This document shows positions 49,846-62,110 of a stretch of 64,000 nucleotides of DNA, piece by piece; the stretch's first letter is position 1; the number at the start of each line of letters is the position of its first letter. The notes under the pieces are model-generated. The model had not been told where the DNA came from. It searched no databases and worked only from the letters and a program-made list of their open reading frames with translations. The DNA lies in the NCBI GenBank assembly GCA_964016885.1, contig CAXHJY010000661.1:1-64000 (forward strand), in the 5' to 3' direction. This DNA is from Eledone cirrhosa. Its lineage: Eukaryota. Both the position numbers and the translations under genes were made by a program.

Positions 49846-50506
49846 ATAAGAGATATAGTCGATATGTCTCATATGAAATAATACAGCCAATTTTCCACAC
49901 AATCCAATTAGTTAGCACCCCGAATGTTTAATTAGGAATATACTCACTTATTTCCTAATGTTTGTTGAGTGAGTTGGGATTTGGCCGGAGTATCGCTAAA
50001 AGCTTTCTCCGATAATGTATTTATTTATATATATATATATATATATACACACAGATTTAACAAGTGTGTTAACATCATGACCAAAACAATTCTAACCCTT
50101 CCCCAGAAAATGTAAAAGAATTTAGCTAACTATCTATTATTATCAGCCTTATAAATAGCAGAAAAATAAGTGGGGTGAGGGGAGAAGAAAACCAAAGAAT
50201 AGGAGATAGTTTTCTCAATATCATCTATTCTATAATTGGAAGGTGGGGGGAAAGAAGCGAAAAGGGTCATTTGCCCACACCCAAACCACCCGACAGACAG
50301 GCATATTATTGCACCTAGTCTCTCCTCTATTTCCTCACCCCATCGCTGCTCTCTTTCTCCGCAATTCTGCCCTACCCCCCCTCTTCTTCCTAGTCCTCTA
50401 CGTATGTATCGTTTAACTGAAAGTAATATAAAATGACACAGATTGTGAGCCATCTGAACACATTATATCCGGTGAAAGCAATCATGTGGAACTACAAAGT
50501 TATCTG

Positions 50507-50537
<31 letters not shown>

Positions 50538-50674
50538 TGTGTGTGTTTCGTGTGTGTTTCGTGTGTGTGTTATTTTGGTTAGGAGGAAAGAAGAGAGTGA
50601 AAAAGAAAGACACACGCAAAAAAAATGTATGTATGCATTTATGTAAGTATATACGCATATATGTTTGAATATAG

Positions 50675-50705
<31 letters not shown>

Positions 50706-51314
50706 TGTATGTATGCGTGTGTACGTAAGAGGTGGTAATGATGAAGTTATTGATGATGATGATGATGGTGACGGTGACAACTGATTGTGATGAAGATGAT
50801 GAGGAGACGAGTATGATGATATTAGTGGTGGTGTTGATGATGGATATGATTGGCGATGATGACAATAAAGACGAAAAATGAGAAGTAAAAGAAAAAGAAG
50901 AAAAAAAAGATGAAAAAGATGAAAAAGAAAAAGTAAAAAAAGAAAAAAGAAAAAAAAAGAAAAAAAGAAAAAGAAGAAGAAAAAGAAGAACGGCGAGGGG
51001 GTGGTGAAAAAACATGAATTAGAAACTCCCTCTTTAGGGAAGCTAGTTTTGGCACCGAGTTAACCTGAAATCGAAACCCCCCCTTGAAATCGGAAACGTA
51101 CCCATTTGTAGGGGTCACTGCTGATGATTTAGGGATTCAGCTACAACAACAACAACAAGAAAAACAAAGGCAACGAAGATAAAATGCAAAAACAATAAAA
51201 TATAAGAATAAAAACAAAAAGAAATATAAAATTTAAAGGGATGGAACCTAGAAAAGAGATTTGTCTGGTGAGACCCCTTCAAATGAGGGCTTGTAATGTG
51301 TGTGTCGTGTGGGC

Positions 51315-51720
51315 GTGTAGCTGTGTGTGTGTAGCTGGGTGTATGTGTAGCTGTGTGTGTGGGTGTGTGTGTGTAGCTGGGTGTATGTGTAGCTGGGTGT
51401 ATGTGTAGCTGTGTGTGTGGGTGTGTGTGTGTAGCTGGGTGTGTGTGTGTAGCTGGGTGTGTGTGTGTAGCTGGGTGTGTGTAGCTGGGTGTATGTGTAG
51501 CTGGGTGTGTGTAGCTGGGTGTATGTGTAGCTGGGTGTATGTGTAGCTGGGTGTATGTGTAGCTGTGTGTGTGGGTGTGTCTGTAGATGTGCGTGTGTAG
51601 CTGTGGGTGTATATGTGTGTTTAGCTGTGTATAGCAGCTGTGTGTGTAGCTGTGTATAGCAGCTGTGTGTGTAGCTGTGTATAGCAGCTGTGTGTGTAGC
51701 TGTGTGTGTCTGTGTGAGAG
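51315..51720. repeat. GTGTAGCTG(G)-type minisatellite
   Basis: Directly visible. Confidence 0.9.
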
Positions 51721-52004
51721 AGTGAGTTAGTGAGAGATAACGGGAGTGGGAGTGTGTGTGTGTGTGTCTGCGCGAGAGTGTGAGTTAGTCAGAGCGAGTG
51801 TGTGTGAACTAGTACGTGCGTTACTGTGTGTGAAATGCGTATTTGTGTACGAGGAAGTGAATGAAAGTGTGTGTGTGTGTGTGTGTGTTTATACGCCAGT
51901 GAGCGCTCGTGTGTGTGTGTTTATACGCCAGTGAGCGCTCGTGTGTTTGTGTATGTCTTAGTTGTTTCAAGCTTGTGGATCCCCTTTCACCCTATATACA
52001 TATA

Positions 52005-52240
52005 ACAGAAGTGTGACGAGCTTTTGATTCCAGAGTCGATACAAATCGAGCCTTGAGCTGATCACTCGCGAAACGCGCGTCACACCTCAATAAATGTAAT
52101 GAAGATCTAACTCTTCGTTTTTTTGATTGCTATTAGTATTACATTCTGCTGAAAACAACACCAATACATCTACTAGAAACTACGCATCGTGTGCTCACTC
52201 TGGTGAACATACCGTAACCAGACGTTACAATCCCTAAACT
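52005..52240 (+). mobile_element. PLE-type 3' fragment with degenerate HHR (52011-52085) and AATAAA
   Basis: GTGT-GACGAG...CTCGC-GAA-ACGCGCGT-C-ACAC-CTC-AATAAA. Confidence 0.55.
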
Positions 52241-52311
52241 ATACATATATAGGAAAAAGCTAATGACTAGGCATGAAGAGTGTGTGCGTGTGCGTGTGCG
52301 TGCGTGCGTGC

Positions 52312-52442
52312 GAGCCGGTGGGGTGGAGCGAGGGGACGGCAAAAGGCCTGATGGCATGACCATCTTCCCGTTCCGCGGTGGAAAACCCCTCATCTGGGAT
52401 GGTACTTGCACCGACACTTTCTGCAGCCGCAACTGTAAATAA
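52312..52442 (+). pseudogene. Restriction-like endonuclease fragment of a CRE-type non-LTR retrotransposon
   Basis: Frame from 52320 reads [34 protein letters not shown] (RPD...WD motif); too short for the ORF track. Confidence 0.75.
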
Positions 52443-52482
52443 ACCCTATTGTACAGCCGACCATTTATTCTTCATTCTTTTG

Positions 52483-52525
<43 letters not shown>

Positions 52526-52527
52526 TA

Positions 52528-52630
52528 CAGGATGTACCCCACCAAAATATATACACAAAAGCAGTGTATTGTAATAATTATTGCCTGGGCAGGTAGTCAA
52601 AGTGTGCAAACATTATTTCGGGACACCCTG
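52528..52630. mobile_element. Tc1/mariner-type MITE
   Basis: TA-CAGGATGTACCC...GGGACACCCTG-TA. Confidence 0.65.
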
Positions 52631-52691
52631 TATATTAAGATTCCAGATTTTCGTAGACCAGCTACTTTACTAAAGTGTACTTTAAAATATA

Positions 52692-52770
52692 CAGGGTGTC
52701 CTCCCAAAAAACGTATACTTATTTTGATTAGAACGCTGTTGAAGTGTGTATACATTTTTGGGAGACCCTG
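52692..52770. mobile_element. Tc1/mariner-type MITE
   Basis: TA-CAGGGTGTCCTCCCAAAAA...TTTTTGGGAGACCCTG-TA. Confidence 0.75.
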
Positions 52771-53399
52771 TATTTTATAAATAAATGTTATGAAATTCAC
52801 GGGGTATAAAAAAAATTCGTTGTAACGAAAAATTCTTTATAACGAGAGTTTGTTTGTTATTACCATGGAAACTGAAAAAAATTTCGTTATACCGAAAATT
52901 TCGACACGGAAGGCGGTAAGGGAGACGCCACTCCACCTCATGGGTCTTGCACTAGTAATTGAAGGGTTTTTAATAAAGATTTTCCAGCATTTTGAGATTA
53001 TTGTAGTAGGTGGTCCTTATACAGACTTGGCTGAGTGGGTTGAGAACTTTGCTTTGTAATCATGAGGTACAGGGTTCGATCTCAAAGCATAGAATCTCGG
53101 TCAAATTTTTTTTTTTTTACTAAAGCCTCGAGTGGACTGGTGCTGTGCTGAAGCCTGTCAGTGTATCAAGTTTCACCCCATGCTGCATCCCATTTATTTT
53201 GTCTGAGGATAACATTAAAGGGGACAAAATCTTAAGAGCATATTAACAAAAGCAGAATCTAAACGCGAGCCCCTCAAAACTTGTTCAGCCGACGACAGGC
53301 ATGCGTACACTTAACCTAATTGATAATCCAAATCAGCATGACAAAATACGTGGAAAGGCTGCCCCATTGAATTACAGGTACAATACATTCAATTGACTC

Positions 53400-53562
53400 C
53401 CACTCAGTTTCCGTCTAAATAATTTCACTCACAAGGCTTGGGCCAATCTGAGTCTATGATAAAAAAAAACAAAAAAAGGACCGCGGTCAAGATTCCAAGC
53501 CTAGGATCGAAACCAGGACATCATTAGGAAGTACACTTCTTAACCTCACAACAATGCCTGCG
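53400..53562 (-). mobile_element. Decayed tRNA-derived SINE of a second family (related copies ~53025-53160 plus, ~62790-62925 plus)
   Basis: Minus strand CGCAGGCATTGTTGTGAGGTTAAG head, GGTTTCGATCC B box, AAGCCTTGTGAGTG...TAGACGGAAACTGA. Confidence 0.6.
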
Positions 53563-54177
53563 TTAGTTTAAATACTGGAATGTTAATCATACAGGGAATG
53601 GGGGATATAAAACACGCACCGAAGAAAGAAGCATCACGTTTAAATCTCATTCAATGTCACAAAAAACAACATAAACTTAAACATAATGGCCTCTGAATAA
53701 AGCCATTTATATTAAAAAGCTTTTGAAGAAATAAAACCATTTTTTTTTTCATCTAAAGACCAAGTCCAAAACGTGAGAATTTCTCTTCTCGCTTGGCACA
53801 CATTTAATTGAGCTGAGTTTTGCCGACTTTCATTAGGGTCAAAAGAGATGCCATTAGTCTCTCGCGACTGTTGTGTTTTACGATGTAACGGTTCACAGGG
53901 ATAGATATGTTGTCTCGTAAATACCCTTAGAGAGGTCCTGTAGCGGGTGGGGCTAGTGATGGGGAAGAGAGGGAGGGCTTAGAGGGAGATAACTGAGACG
54001 TTGTACAGCAATTAATCATCATAATCACCACAGTATCATGTCAAGCAGCTCTCGTTTTCTTACTTTCTCCTATCTCAAGCCTTTTCAGATGTCTATCTCA
54101 CCCCCTATACAACTCCTGGTGTGAAGGGAATAGGGGAAATGAATAACCACTTGCTATATCTTGACATGCATAACGTA

Positions 54178-54217
<40 letters not shown>

Positions 54218-54576
54218 GTTAGGTATAAATCGAAGTTGTAGCTGCCATATAACAAGTACTAATCGAGTTGTTTTAGGCAATCACAAAGAACTCAATAGAG
54301 CGGTATGTTAATACATTACCGTCTAGAGTAAACAACGGTTAAAAAGTGTGACACCAAGAAAAACGAGCGAAAGGAGTAACCAGGCATATACCACAACAAA
54401 TATAAATACACCAAGGTATATGTATACTCTTTAATCTGTTCCAAGGCATCCGGCTGAGTCCATGCTGGGCATATATATATATAAAGATTTACATATATAT
54501 AAAGTCATAGATATATATGTGGCAACCGGTCATGTTGCGGCTCAATGAAGAATTAATAAATTAAATAATCAGAGCA

Positions 54577-54792
54577 ATATATCATAAATCATGTCCTTAG
54601 AAGTATTAGATAAAATATATACCATTTCCTCTCCCAAAATATATACCATTTCCTCGGTTATTTGTCGAAAATTTCTTCATAGGAGCCTTTATTCTTATAG
54701 CCTGGTCTAATTGATTTTTTGTATGGTTAATTATGCTAATTGGGAGAGGAAACGGTATATATTTTATCTAATAATTCTAAGGACATGATTTA

Positions 54793-54800
<8 letters not shown>
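54577..54800. mobile_element. Fold-back insertion (arms ~54577-54637 and 54740-54800)
   Basis: ~60 bp inverted arms, GAAACGGTA motif, TA flank. Confidence 0.6.
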
Positions 54801-54851
<51 letters not shown>

Positions 54852-55204
54852 CGGTTTCAATCATTTGAGGGTGGCCATGCTGGGGTACCACCCTGGATAA
54901 TATAGTCAATCATATCAACACCACTCCCTTAAAAAATATATAAAGCATATTCAATCTATCTGTACTCGTAGAACTGTTAAATTACAGAACATAAACTATA
55001 TACATATAATTTCTTTTCAAGAGATAACAAAATCTTGTTACAGACTACCTTGCCCCTTTCTTCAGGATCACTCTGTTCCGGGTTGAATAATAATTCAGGT
55101 AAATTTTTCCGTTTCTCTTCTCAAGTTCGATAAATAAAATAGTAGTCCTGGGACGTTGTGCGACAGAGTGTTTAGTGTGGTATCTGCTCCGTCACTTTGC
55201 ATTC

Positions 55205-55345
55205 TGGGATTGAATTACTCCGCCGTTCTCGTGGTCAGAATGTGATTGAATTCCTCCGCTATTCTCGTGGTCAGAATGTGATTGAATTCCTCCGCTATTC
55301 TCCCGGCGAGAATGTGATTGAATTTCTCCCCCATCCTCGTGGCAG
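55205..55345 (+). repeat. ~36 bp tandem repeat, about four copies
   Basis: GATTGAATTCCTCCGCTATTCTCGTGGTCAGAATGT. Confidence 0.8.
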
Positions 55346-55675
55346 GAAAAAGAGACCGTCTGGATTTGGCTAATAATGGTTTCTACATTTGACAAGTCCA
55401 GCAATCTCAAGGGAAGGGGAAAGTCGATTAAATCGATCCCAGTACTTTGCTGTTACTGTATATTTATCGATTCCGTAAAGATGAAAGGCTAAGCTAACCT
55501 CGGCGAGATATGAGCTCAGAACATAAAGGGCCATAACTGTATGTCGCAAAGCATATTGTCTGGCGACCTACCGTTACTGTCAATCCACTACACTTTTGGC
55601 CAATAATGGTTTTTGATTTAAGCAGAAAGTCGATTAAATCGACCCCAGTGCGTGACTGGGGTTCATCCACACAAT

Positions 55676-55757
55676 ATATTGGGTCGTCAAGTATGAAAAA
55701 TGTAGAAATTTGTAGAAAAAACCCCAAATATCTACAAATTTCCTACTTGGCGACCCA

Positions 55758-55762
<5 letters not shown>
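55676..55762. mobile_element. Mariner-type MITE
   Basis: TA-TATTGGGTCGTCAAGTA...TACTTGGCGACCCAATA-TA. Confidence 0.7.
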
Positions 55763-55790
<28 letters not shown>

Positions 55791-55999
55791 GGGTCTGCCG
55801 ACCGGCGAAGAAACAACATCAAAACATTCTGCTCTCCCCTGTATCACAACAAGAAATTTTTCGAAGAGCTCAGGCTATCGGAATTGGTAGTCCTCAGCGA
55901 ATTATGTATCACGGAGATATAAATAAACCTAAATCAACTGTTTTTAACCTCTGATCTTTTTAAAACACACACACACACACACTCGTTCTCTCTCTCTCT

Positions 56000-56043
<44 letters not shown>

Positions 56044-56092
56044 TAATAAAAGATCGGAGGCCATATTCAATCGATTCAGGTTTATTTAAAAC

Positions 56093-56152
56093 TCCGTTAT
56101 ACATATTTCATTGAGGAGTACCAGTTATGATAGGCTGAGCTCTTCAGACGGA
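56093..56152 (-). ncRNA. Hammerhead ribozyme in a convergent inverted pair (55791-55965 and 56043-56300)
   Basis: TCCGT-CTGAAGA-G...GAAATATGTATA-ACGGA then AATAAA. Confidence 0.6.
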
Positions 56153-56436
56153 AAAACCTAAAATAAACATTGAAAGTTCCTAAAAAAAAAACCCATTTAA
56201 ATTTGGAAAAATCCAATAATTTCACCGAAAAATATATTCTTTTCATGATACAGGGGGCAGGCCGAACGCGTGGTGTGTTTCTTCGACGACCGGTCCCTGT
56301 ATATATACATATATATTATAATATATAATGCTCCAACTTGCATCATTTATACAGGCCGTTGAACGCTTTTTTTTATCTGCTTCACAACCGACAGACCATA
56401 ATATGGTCCTCACATCACTGTTTGGTTAACCCTATA

Positions 56437-56469
<33 letters not shown>

Positions 56470-56483
56470 ATATATATATATAT

Positions 56484-56575
56484 AGTAAAAAATTGAACGG
56501 GAACAAAACAGAGAGGCAGTACGAACAAAGGTTTATTAGTTTCACGCTCTTGAGAGTGGGGTGGTGGTGGGGAAC
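56484..56575 (-). mobile_element. PLE 3' fragment (family of 39380-39630) beginning at the predicted HHR cleavage site
   Basis: Matches 39380-39468 and stops where GAAACGTC would begin. Confidence 0.8.
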
Positions 56576-56589
56576 AAAAAGATGAGTAT

Positions 56590-56659
56590 TGACGTACCTG
56601 GGAGTCGAACCCACATCTTTGGTTATCCGGACCACTGTGCTACCATTTACACCAACACA
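56590..56659 (-). tRNA. tRNA-like sequence (pseudogene or SINE head) with trailer and TTTTT
   Basis: TGGTGTAAATGGTAGCAC D region, TGGT/ACCA anticodon-like stem, GGGTTCGACTCCC T arm; acceptor stem imperfect. Confidence 0.6.
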
Positions 56660-57119
56660 ATATGTGTGTGTGAGTGTGTGTGTGTGTGTGTGTGTACAAA
56701 CTTAACTATAGAACAAAATCGAAGACATAATCAAACTAGTTGACCTTAATAAGAATGATGTTTTTCCAATGAGTTAATTCTGTAACTATCGAAGCTTCCT
56801 GCTGAAGACTTCTCCTTTTAATTATTCTAAACATGACAGACTTATGTATGTATGATATTTATGTTGAATTAGACAAATCTACATTATAGTTCTTCTCTGG
56901 ATGAATGCCCCACCCCCTCGTATACAACTGTATATTCAGTATGCATTTTCCTCAATCAGAAGAAACACAGATTTTTTCCTATGAAATCAATCTTTGTTCT
57001 TTGTTGAGGTAAGTTCATATTTAGTTTGACCTCGTCATCATCTTCGTCTTAGTTTTCGTTGGATGAACGAAAGAATCATATTAAAAATGCAAACAAAAAA
57101 AAAAAAATACAGGAAGAAA

Positions 57120-57840
57120 TAATAATAATGGCTTTTACTATAGACACAATGGCGAACGATTTTGAGAGGAAAGTCGATAAAATCAATTCCAGTACATTAC
57201 TGGTACTTTATTTTATCGACCCCGTAAAGATGAAAGGCAAAGCTAACCTCGGTCGGGATTTGAACTCAGAACGTAAAGGAACTTAACTATATACTATAAA
57301 GCATTTTTGTCCGACGCCCCTCCGATATATACTGCCAATCCACCCCACTTTAATAAATGATTCTACTATAGGCACAAGGCCAGCAATTTAGCAAGAGGGG
57401 AAAGTCGATTAAATCGACGCCAGTGCATTACTGGTACTTTATTTTATTGACCCCCGAAAGGCAAAGTTAACCTCGGCAGGATTTGGACTCGGAACGTAAA
57501 GGGCCATAACTCACTGCCACGAAGCATTCTTGTCCGATGCTCTACCGATACTACCAATCCATCGCCTTTTAGTAATAATAATAATAATAATAATAATAAT
57601 TGTTTCTACTTTAGGCACAAGGCCAGCAATTACCCAGTGCATTACTGGTACTTTATTTTATCGACCCCGCAAGGATGAAAGGCAAAGTTAACCTCAGCGG
57701 GATTTGAACTCATACAGTAAAGGGGCGTAACTCTATGCTACAAAGCATGGCATCCGAACCTCTACCGATACTGCCAATCCACCGCCCTCAACTTTAGGCA
57801 CAAGGCCAGCAATTTGAGGAGATGGAGGAAAGTCGATGTT
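57120..57840 (-). mobile_element. Cluster of three to four Meta-like SINEs
   Basis: Repeated CTGGTACTTTATTTTATCGACCCC...GGATTTGAACTC...ACTGCCAATCC; further decayed copies at ~43665, 47040, 55370, 63070, 63370. Confidence 0.85.
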
Positions 57841-58230
57841 AATAATAATAAGGAAGGAAGAATAAAAAAAAAAGAGACATAAAGATAACATTGAATATCT
57901 GGTGGGGGTCTTGTTTATTTAAAGCATCATCTCCCAATACTTGATTGAATCGACAGGCAGGAGAACTAAAGCCAGTTTGTTCTTTTCCTGTTATTTTACT
58001 CTTAAGATATGGAGAGCAACAAGAGAAAACACCACACCTTCCAGCAACACCAGATGGAACATTCATTCCACATAGAAATAATCAAAAGGAAAAAAAAAAA
58101 AAAAAAAACAAATTCATGATTATAATATATCCTTCTTACCTCAGCAAGCGAGTAAACAAACACCACCAGCTTTGGGTTTGTTTTTTGTAGCTTCTTCCAC
58201 AAGTACCATTACTATTAGTATTATACTACA

Positions 58231-58500
58231 TAGTGGATTGGCAGTATCGGTAGAGGGTCAGACGCCATGCTTTGCAGCAAAGAGTTACGGCCCTTTATGG
58301 TCTGAGCTCATAGGCGGTGGATTGGCAGTACCGGTAGAGGGTCGGACGCCATGCTTTCCAGCATAGTTACGTCCCTTTACGATCTGAGTTCAAATCCCGC
58401 CGAGGTTGACTTTGCCTTTCATCCTTACGAGGTCGATAAAATAAAGTACCAGTAATGCACTGGTTAATTGCTGGCCTTGTGCCTAAAGTAGAAACAATTA
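58231..58500 (+). mobile_element. Meta-like SINE preceded by a duplicated head
   Basis: GTGGATTGGCAGTA twice (58233, 58317), full body after the second. Confidence 0.85.
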
Positions 58501-59086
58501 TTACTACCAGCACTACTATTAGTATTACTACATAGTACTATTACTACCAGCACTACTATTAGTATTACTACATAGTACTATTACTAGCAACACTACTATT
58601 AGTATTACTACCAGCACTACTATTAGTATTATTACATAGTACTATTACTACCAGTACTACTATTAGTATTACTACATAGTACTATTACTACCAGTACTAC
58701 TATTAGTATTACTACATAGTACTATTACTACCAGCACTACTATTAGTATTACTATATAGTACTATTACTACCAGCACTATTATTACTACTACGGCAGTAT
58801 CGGTAGAGTGTCAGACGCCATGCTTTTCATCATAGATTTACGGCCCTTAACGGTCTGAGTTCAAATCCCGCCAAGGTTAACTTTGCTTTTCATCCTTAAG
58901 GGGTCTATAAAATAAAGTACCAGTATTGCACTGGGGTAATTGCTGGGCTTGTGCAAAAAGTAGAAACAACTATTACTACTACCACTAATACCAGCACTAC
59001 CATTAGTATTACTTCATATTAATTACTATTACTACTACCACCACTAACATTAGTATTACTACATAGTACTATTACTACATGGTACT
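58498..59086. repeat. ~40 bp ACT/AGT-rich minisatellite interrupted by a SINE at 58793-58970
   Basis: ATTACTACCAGCACTACTATTAGTATTACTACATAGTACT units. Confidence 0.85.
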
Positions 59087-59118
59087 ATGTTAAAACAACA
59101 AAACACTATCAACGGTAA

Positions 59119-61250
59119 TGGTGGTCTCTCATCTAGACACAAAGCCAGCAAACCCTTGGGTGAGAGGAAAGTCTATATTATATTGACCTCAGCATTTGAC
59201 TGGTACTTCAACAAAGACAGACATTCTCAAAAATACCGGTTGGTGGTCTCTCATCTAGACACAAAGCCAGCAAACCCTTGGGTGAGAGGAAAGTCTATAT
59301 TATATTGACCTCAGCATTTGACTGGTACTTCAACAAAGACAGACACTCTCAAAAATACCGGTTGGTGGTCTCTCATCTAGACACAAAGCCAGGAAACCCT
59401 TGGGTGAGAGGAAAGTCTATATTATATTGACCTCAGCATTTGACTGGTACTTCAACAAAGACAGACACTCTCAAAAGTACCGGTTGGTGGTCTCTCATCT
59501 AGACACAAAGCCAGCAAACCCTTGGGTGAAAGGAAAGTCTATATTATATTGACCTCAGCATTTGACTGGTACTTCAACAAAGACAGACACTCTCAAAAGT
59601 ACCGGTTGGTGGTCTCTCATCTAGACACCATGCCAGGAAACCCTTGGGTGAGAGGAAAGTCTATATTATATTGACCTCAGCATTTGACTGGTACTTCAAC
59701 AAAGACAGACACTCTCAAAAGTACCGGTTGGTGGTCTCTCATCTAGACACAAAGCCAGGAAACCCTTGGGTGAGAGGAAAGTCTATATTATATTGACCTC
59801 AGCATTTGACTGGTACTTCAACAAAGACAGACACTCTAAAAAATACCGGTTGGTGGTCTCTCATCTAGACACAAAGCCAGCAAACCCTTGGGTGAGAGGA
59901 AAGTCTATATTATATTGACCTCAGCATTTGACTGGTACTTCAACAAAGACAGACACTCTCAAAAGTACCGGTTGGTGGTCTCTCATCTAGACACAAAGCC
60001 AGGAAACCCTTGGGTGAGAGGAAAGTCTATATTATATTGACCTCAGCATTTGACTGGTACTTCAACAAAGACAGACACTCTAAAAAATACCGGTTGGTGG
60101 TCTCTCATCTAGACACAAAGCCAGCAAACCCTTGGGTGAGAGGAAAGTCTATATTATATTGACCTCAGCATTTGACTGGTACTTCAACAAAGACAGACAC
60201 TCTCAAAAGTACCGGTTGGTGGTCTCTCATCTAGACACAAAGCCAGCAAACCCTTGGGTGAAAGGAAAGTCTATATTATATTGACCTCAGCATTTGACTG
60301 GTACTTCAACAAAGACAGACACTCTCAAAAGTACCGGTTGGTGGTCTCTCATCTAGACACCATGCCAGGAAACCCTTGGGTGAGAGGAAAGTCTATATTA
60401 TATTGACCTCAGCATTTGACTGGTACTTCAACAAAGACAGACACTCTCAAAAGTACCGGTTGGTGGTCTCTCATCTAGACACAAAGCCAGGAAACCCTTG
60501 GGTGAGAGGAAAGTCTATATTATATTGACCTCAGCATTTGACTGGTACTTCAACAAAGACAGACACTCTAAAAAATACCGGTTGGTGGTCTCTCATCTAG
60601 ACACAAAGCCAGCAAACCCTTGGGTGAGAGGAAAGTCTATATTATATTGACCTCAGCATTTGACTGGTACTTCAACAAAGACAGACACTCTCAAAAGTAC
60701 CGGTTGGTGGTCTCTCATCTAGACACAAAGCCAGGAAACCCTTGGGTGAGAGGAAAGTCTATATTATATTGACCTCAGCATTTGACTGGTACTTCAACAA
60801 AGACAGACACTCTAAAAAATACCGGTTGGTGGTCTCTCATCTAGACACAAAGCCAGCAAACCCTTGGGTGAGAGGAAAGTCTATATTATATTGACCTCAG
60901 CATTTGACTGGTACTTCAACAAAGACAGACACTCTCAAAAGTACCGGTTGGTGGTCTCTCATCTAGACACAAAGCCAGGAAACCCTTGGGTGAGAGGAAA
61001 GTCTATATTATATTGACCTCAGCATTTGACTGGTACTTCAACAAAGACAGACACTCTAAAAAATACCGGTTGGTGGTCTCTCATCTAGACACAAAGCCAG
61101 CAAACCCTTGGGTGAGAGGAAAGTCTATATTATATTGACCTCAGCATTTGACTGGTACTTCAACAAAGACAGACACTCTCAAAAGTACCGGTTGGTGGTC
61201 TCTCATCTAGACACAAAGCCAGCAAACCCTTGGGTGAAAGGAAAGTCTAT
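59119..61250. repeat. 122 bp tandem satellite, ~17.5 copies, derived from the Meta-like SINE 3' end
   Basis: TGGTGGTCTCTC starts at 59119, 59241, 59363, 59485...; CACAAAGCCAGCAA...GGAAAGTC...ACTGGTACTT matches the minus-strand SINE tail. Confidence 0.92.
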
Positions 61251-61649
61251 TACGTTATCTTTATATCATCGACCCTGGAAGGATGGAACACACAGTTGAC
61301 CTTGGCGAGATGAGAAATCAGAAGGAAAAATAGCAACAACCTAATCCCTTCAAGGCGGTAACTCAACATAACCGCAGTTCAATGAATGAAACGAATAAGG
61401 CAGTAGAAGAAAGTAAACAATTAATGGTTGTCTAGTCATAGACAAAACAGAATAAGTTGAGGGATATAGCAGTGTCTGGATCATTTATAAAATAGGAACT
61501 ATGCCAGCTTTTTGAAATGCTCGCAGAAAAAAACAAAAAACAATTCGATGGCCGGATTATCCGTTTTTGTCGGATTTTTCGTTTTGCCGGATTATATAAT
61601 AATTCCTTAGAATGATGTGGGAAGTAGTCTTCTTACCTCTTAACTATAA

Positions 61650-62110
61650 TAATTGTTTCTACCTTTGGCACAAGGCCAGCAAATTCACCAGTACATTACT
61701 GGTACTTTATTTTATCGACCCCGTAAGGATGAAAGGCAAAGTCAACCTCGACAGGACTTGAACTCAGATATAATAATGGTTTCTGATATAGAAACAAGGC
61801 CAGTAATTTGGGGAGGAAGAGAAAGTCGATTAAATCGATCCCATTGCAATACTGGTACTTTATCTTATCGATCACGTAAGGATGAAAGGCAAAGTTAACC
61901 ACAGCGGGATTTGAACTCATAGCGTAGAGGGCTGTAACTATGCCATAATGCATATTGTCTGATACTCTATCGATACTGCTAATCCACCGCCCTCCTCTCG
62001 ACTGTAATAATTGTTTATACTATTGGCACAAGGCCAGAAATTACCCAGTACATTACTGGTACTTTATTTTATCGACCCCGTAAGGATGAAAGCAAAGTTA
62101 ACCTCGGCTG
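61650..62110 (-). mobile_element. Cluster of three partial Meta-like SINEs
   Basis: Three CTGGTACTTTAT...GGATGAAAG(G)CAAAGT blocks. Confidence 0.8.

Noticed and set aside
56590-56659. Functional tRNA gene
   Set aside because: Imperfect acceptor stem and anticodon loop without U33; kept only as tRNA-like
57839-58202. Possible minus-strand exons (also 40560-40830, 42360-42460)
   Set aside because: Isolated splice-like signals without a recognisable peptide or consistent frame
59119-61250. CRISPR array or second retrozyme
   Set aside because: Whole-unit repeats without spacers, and no CTGANGA/GAAA core found
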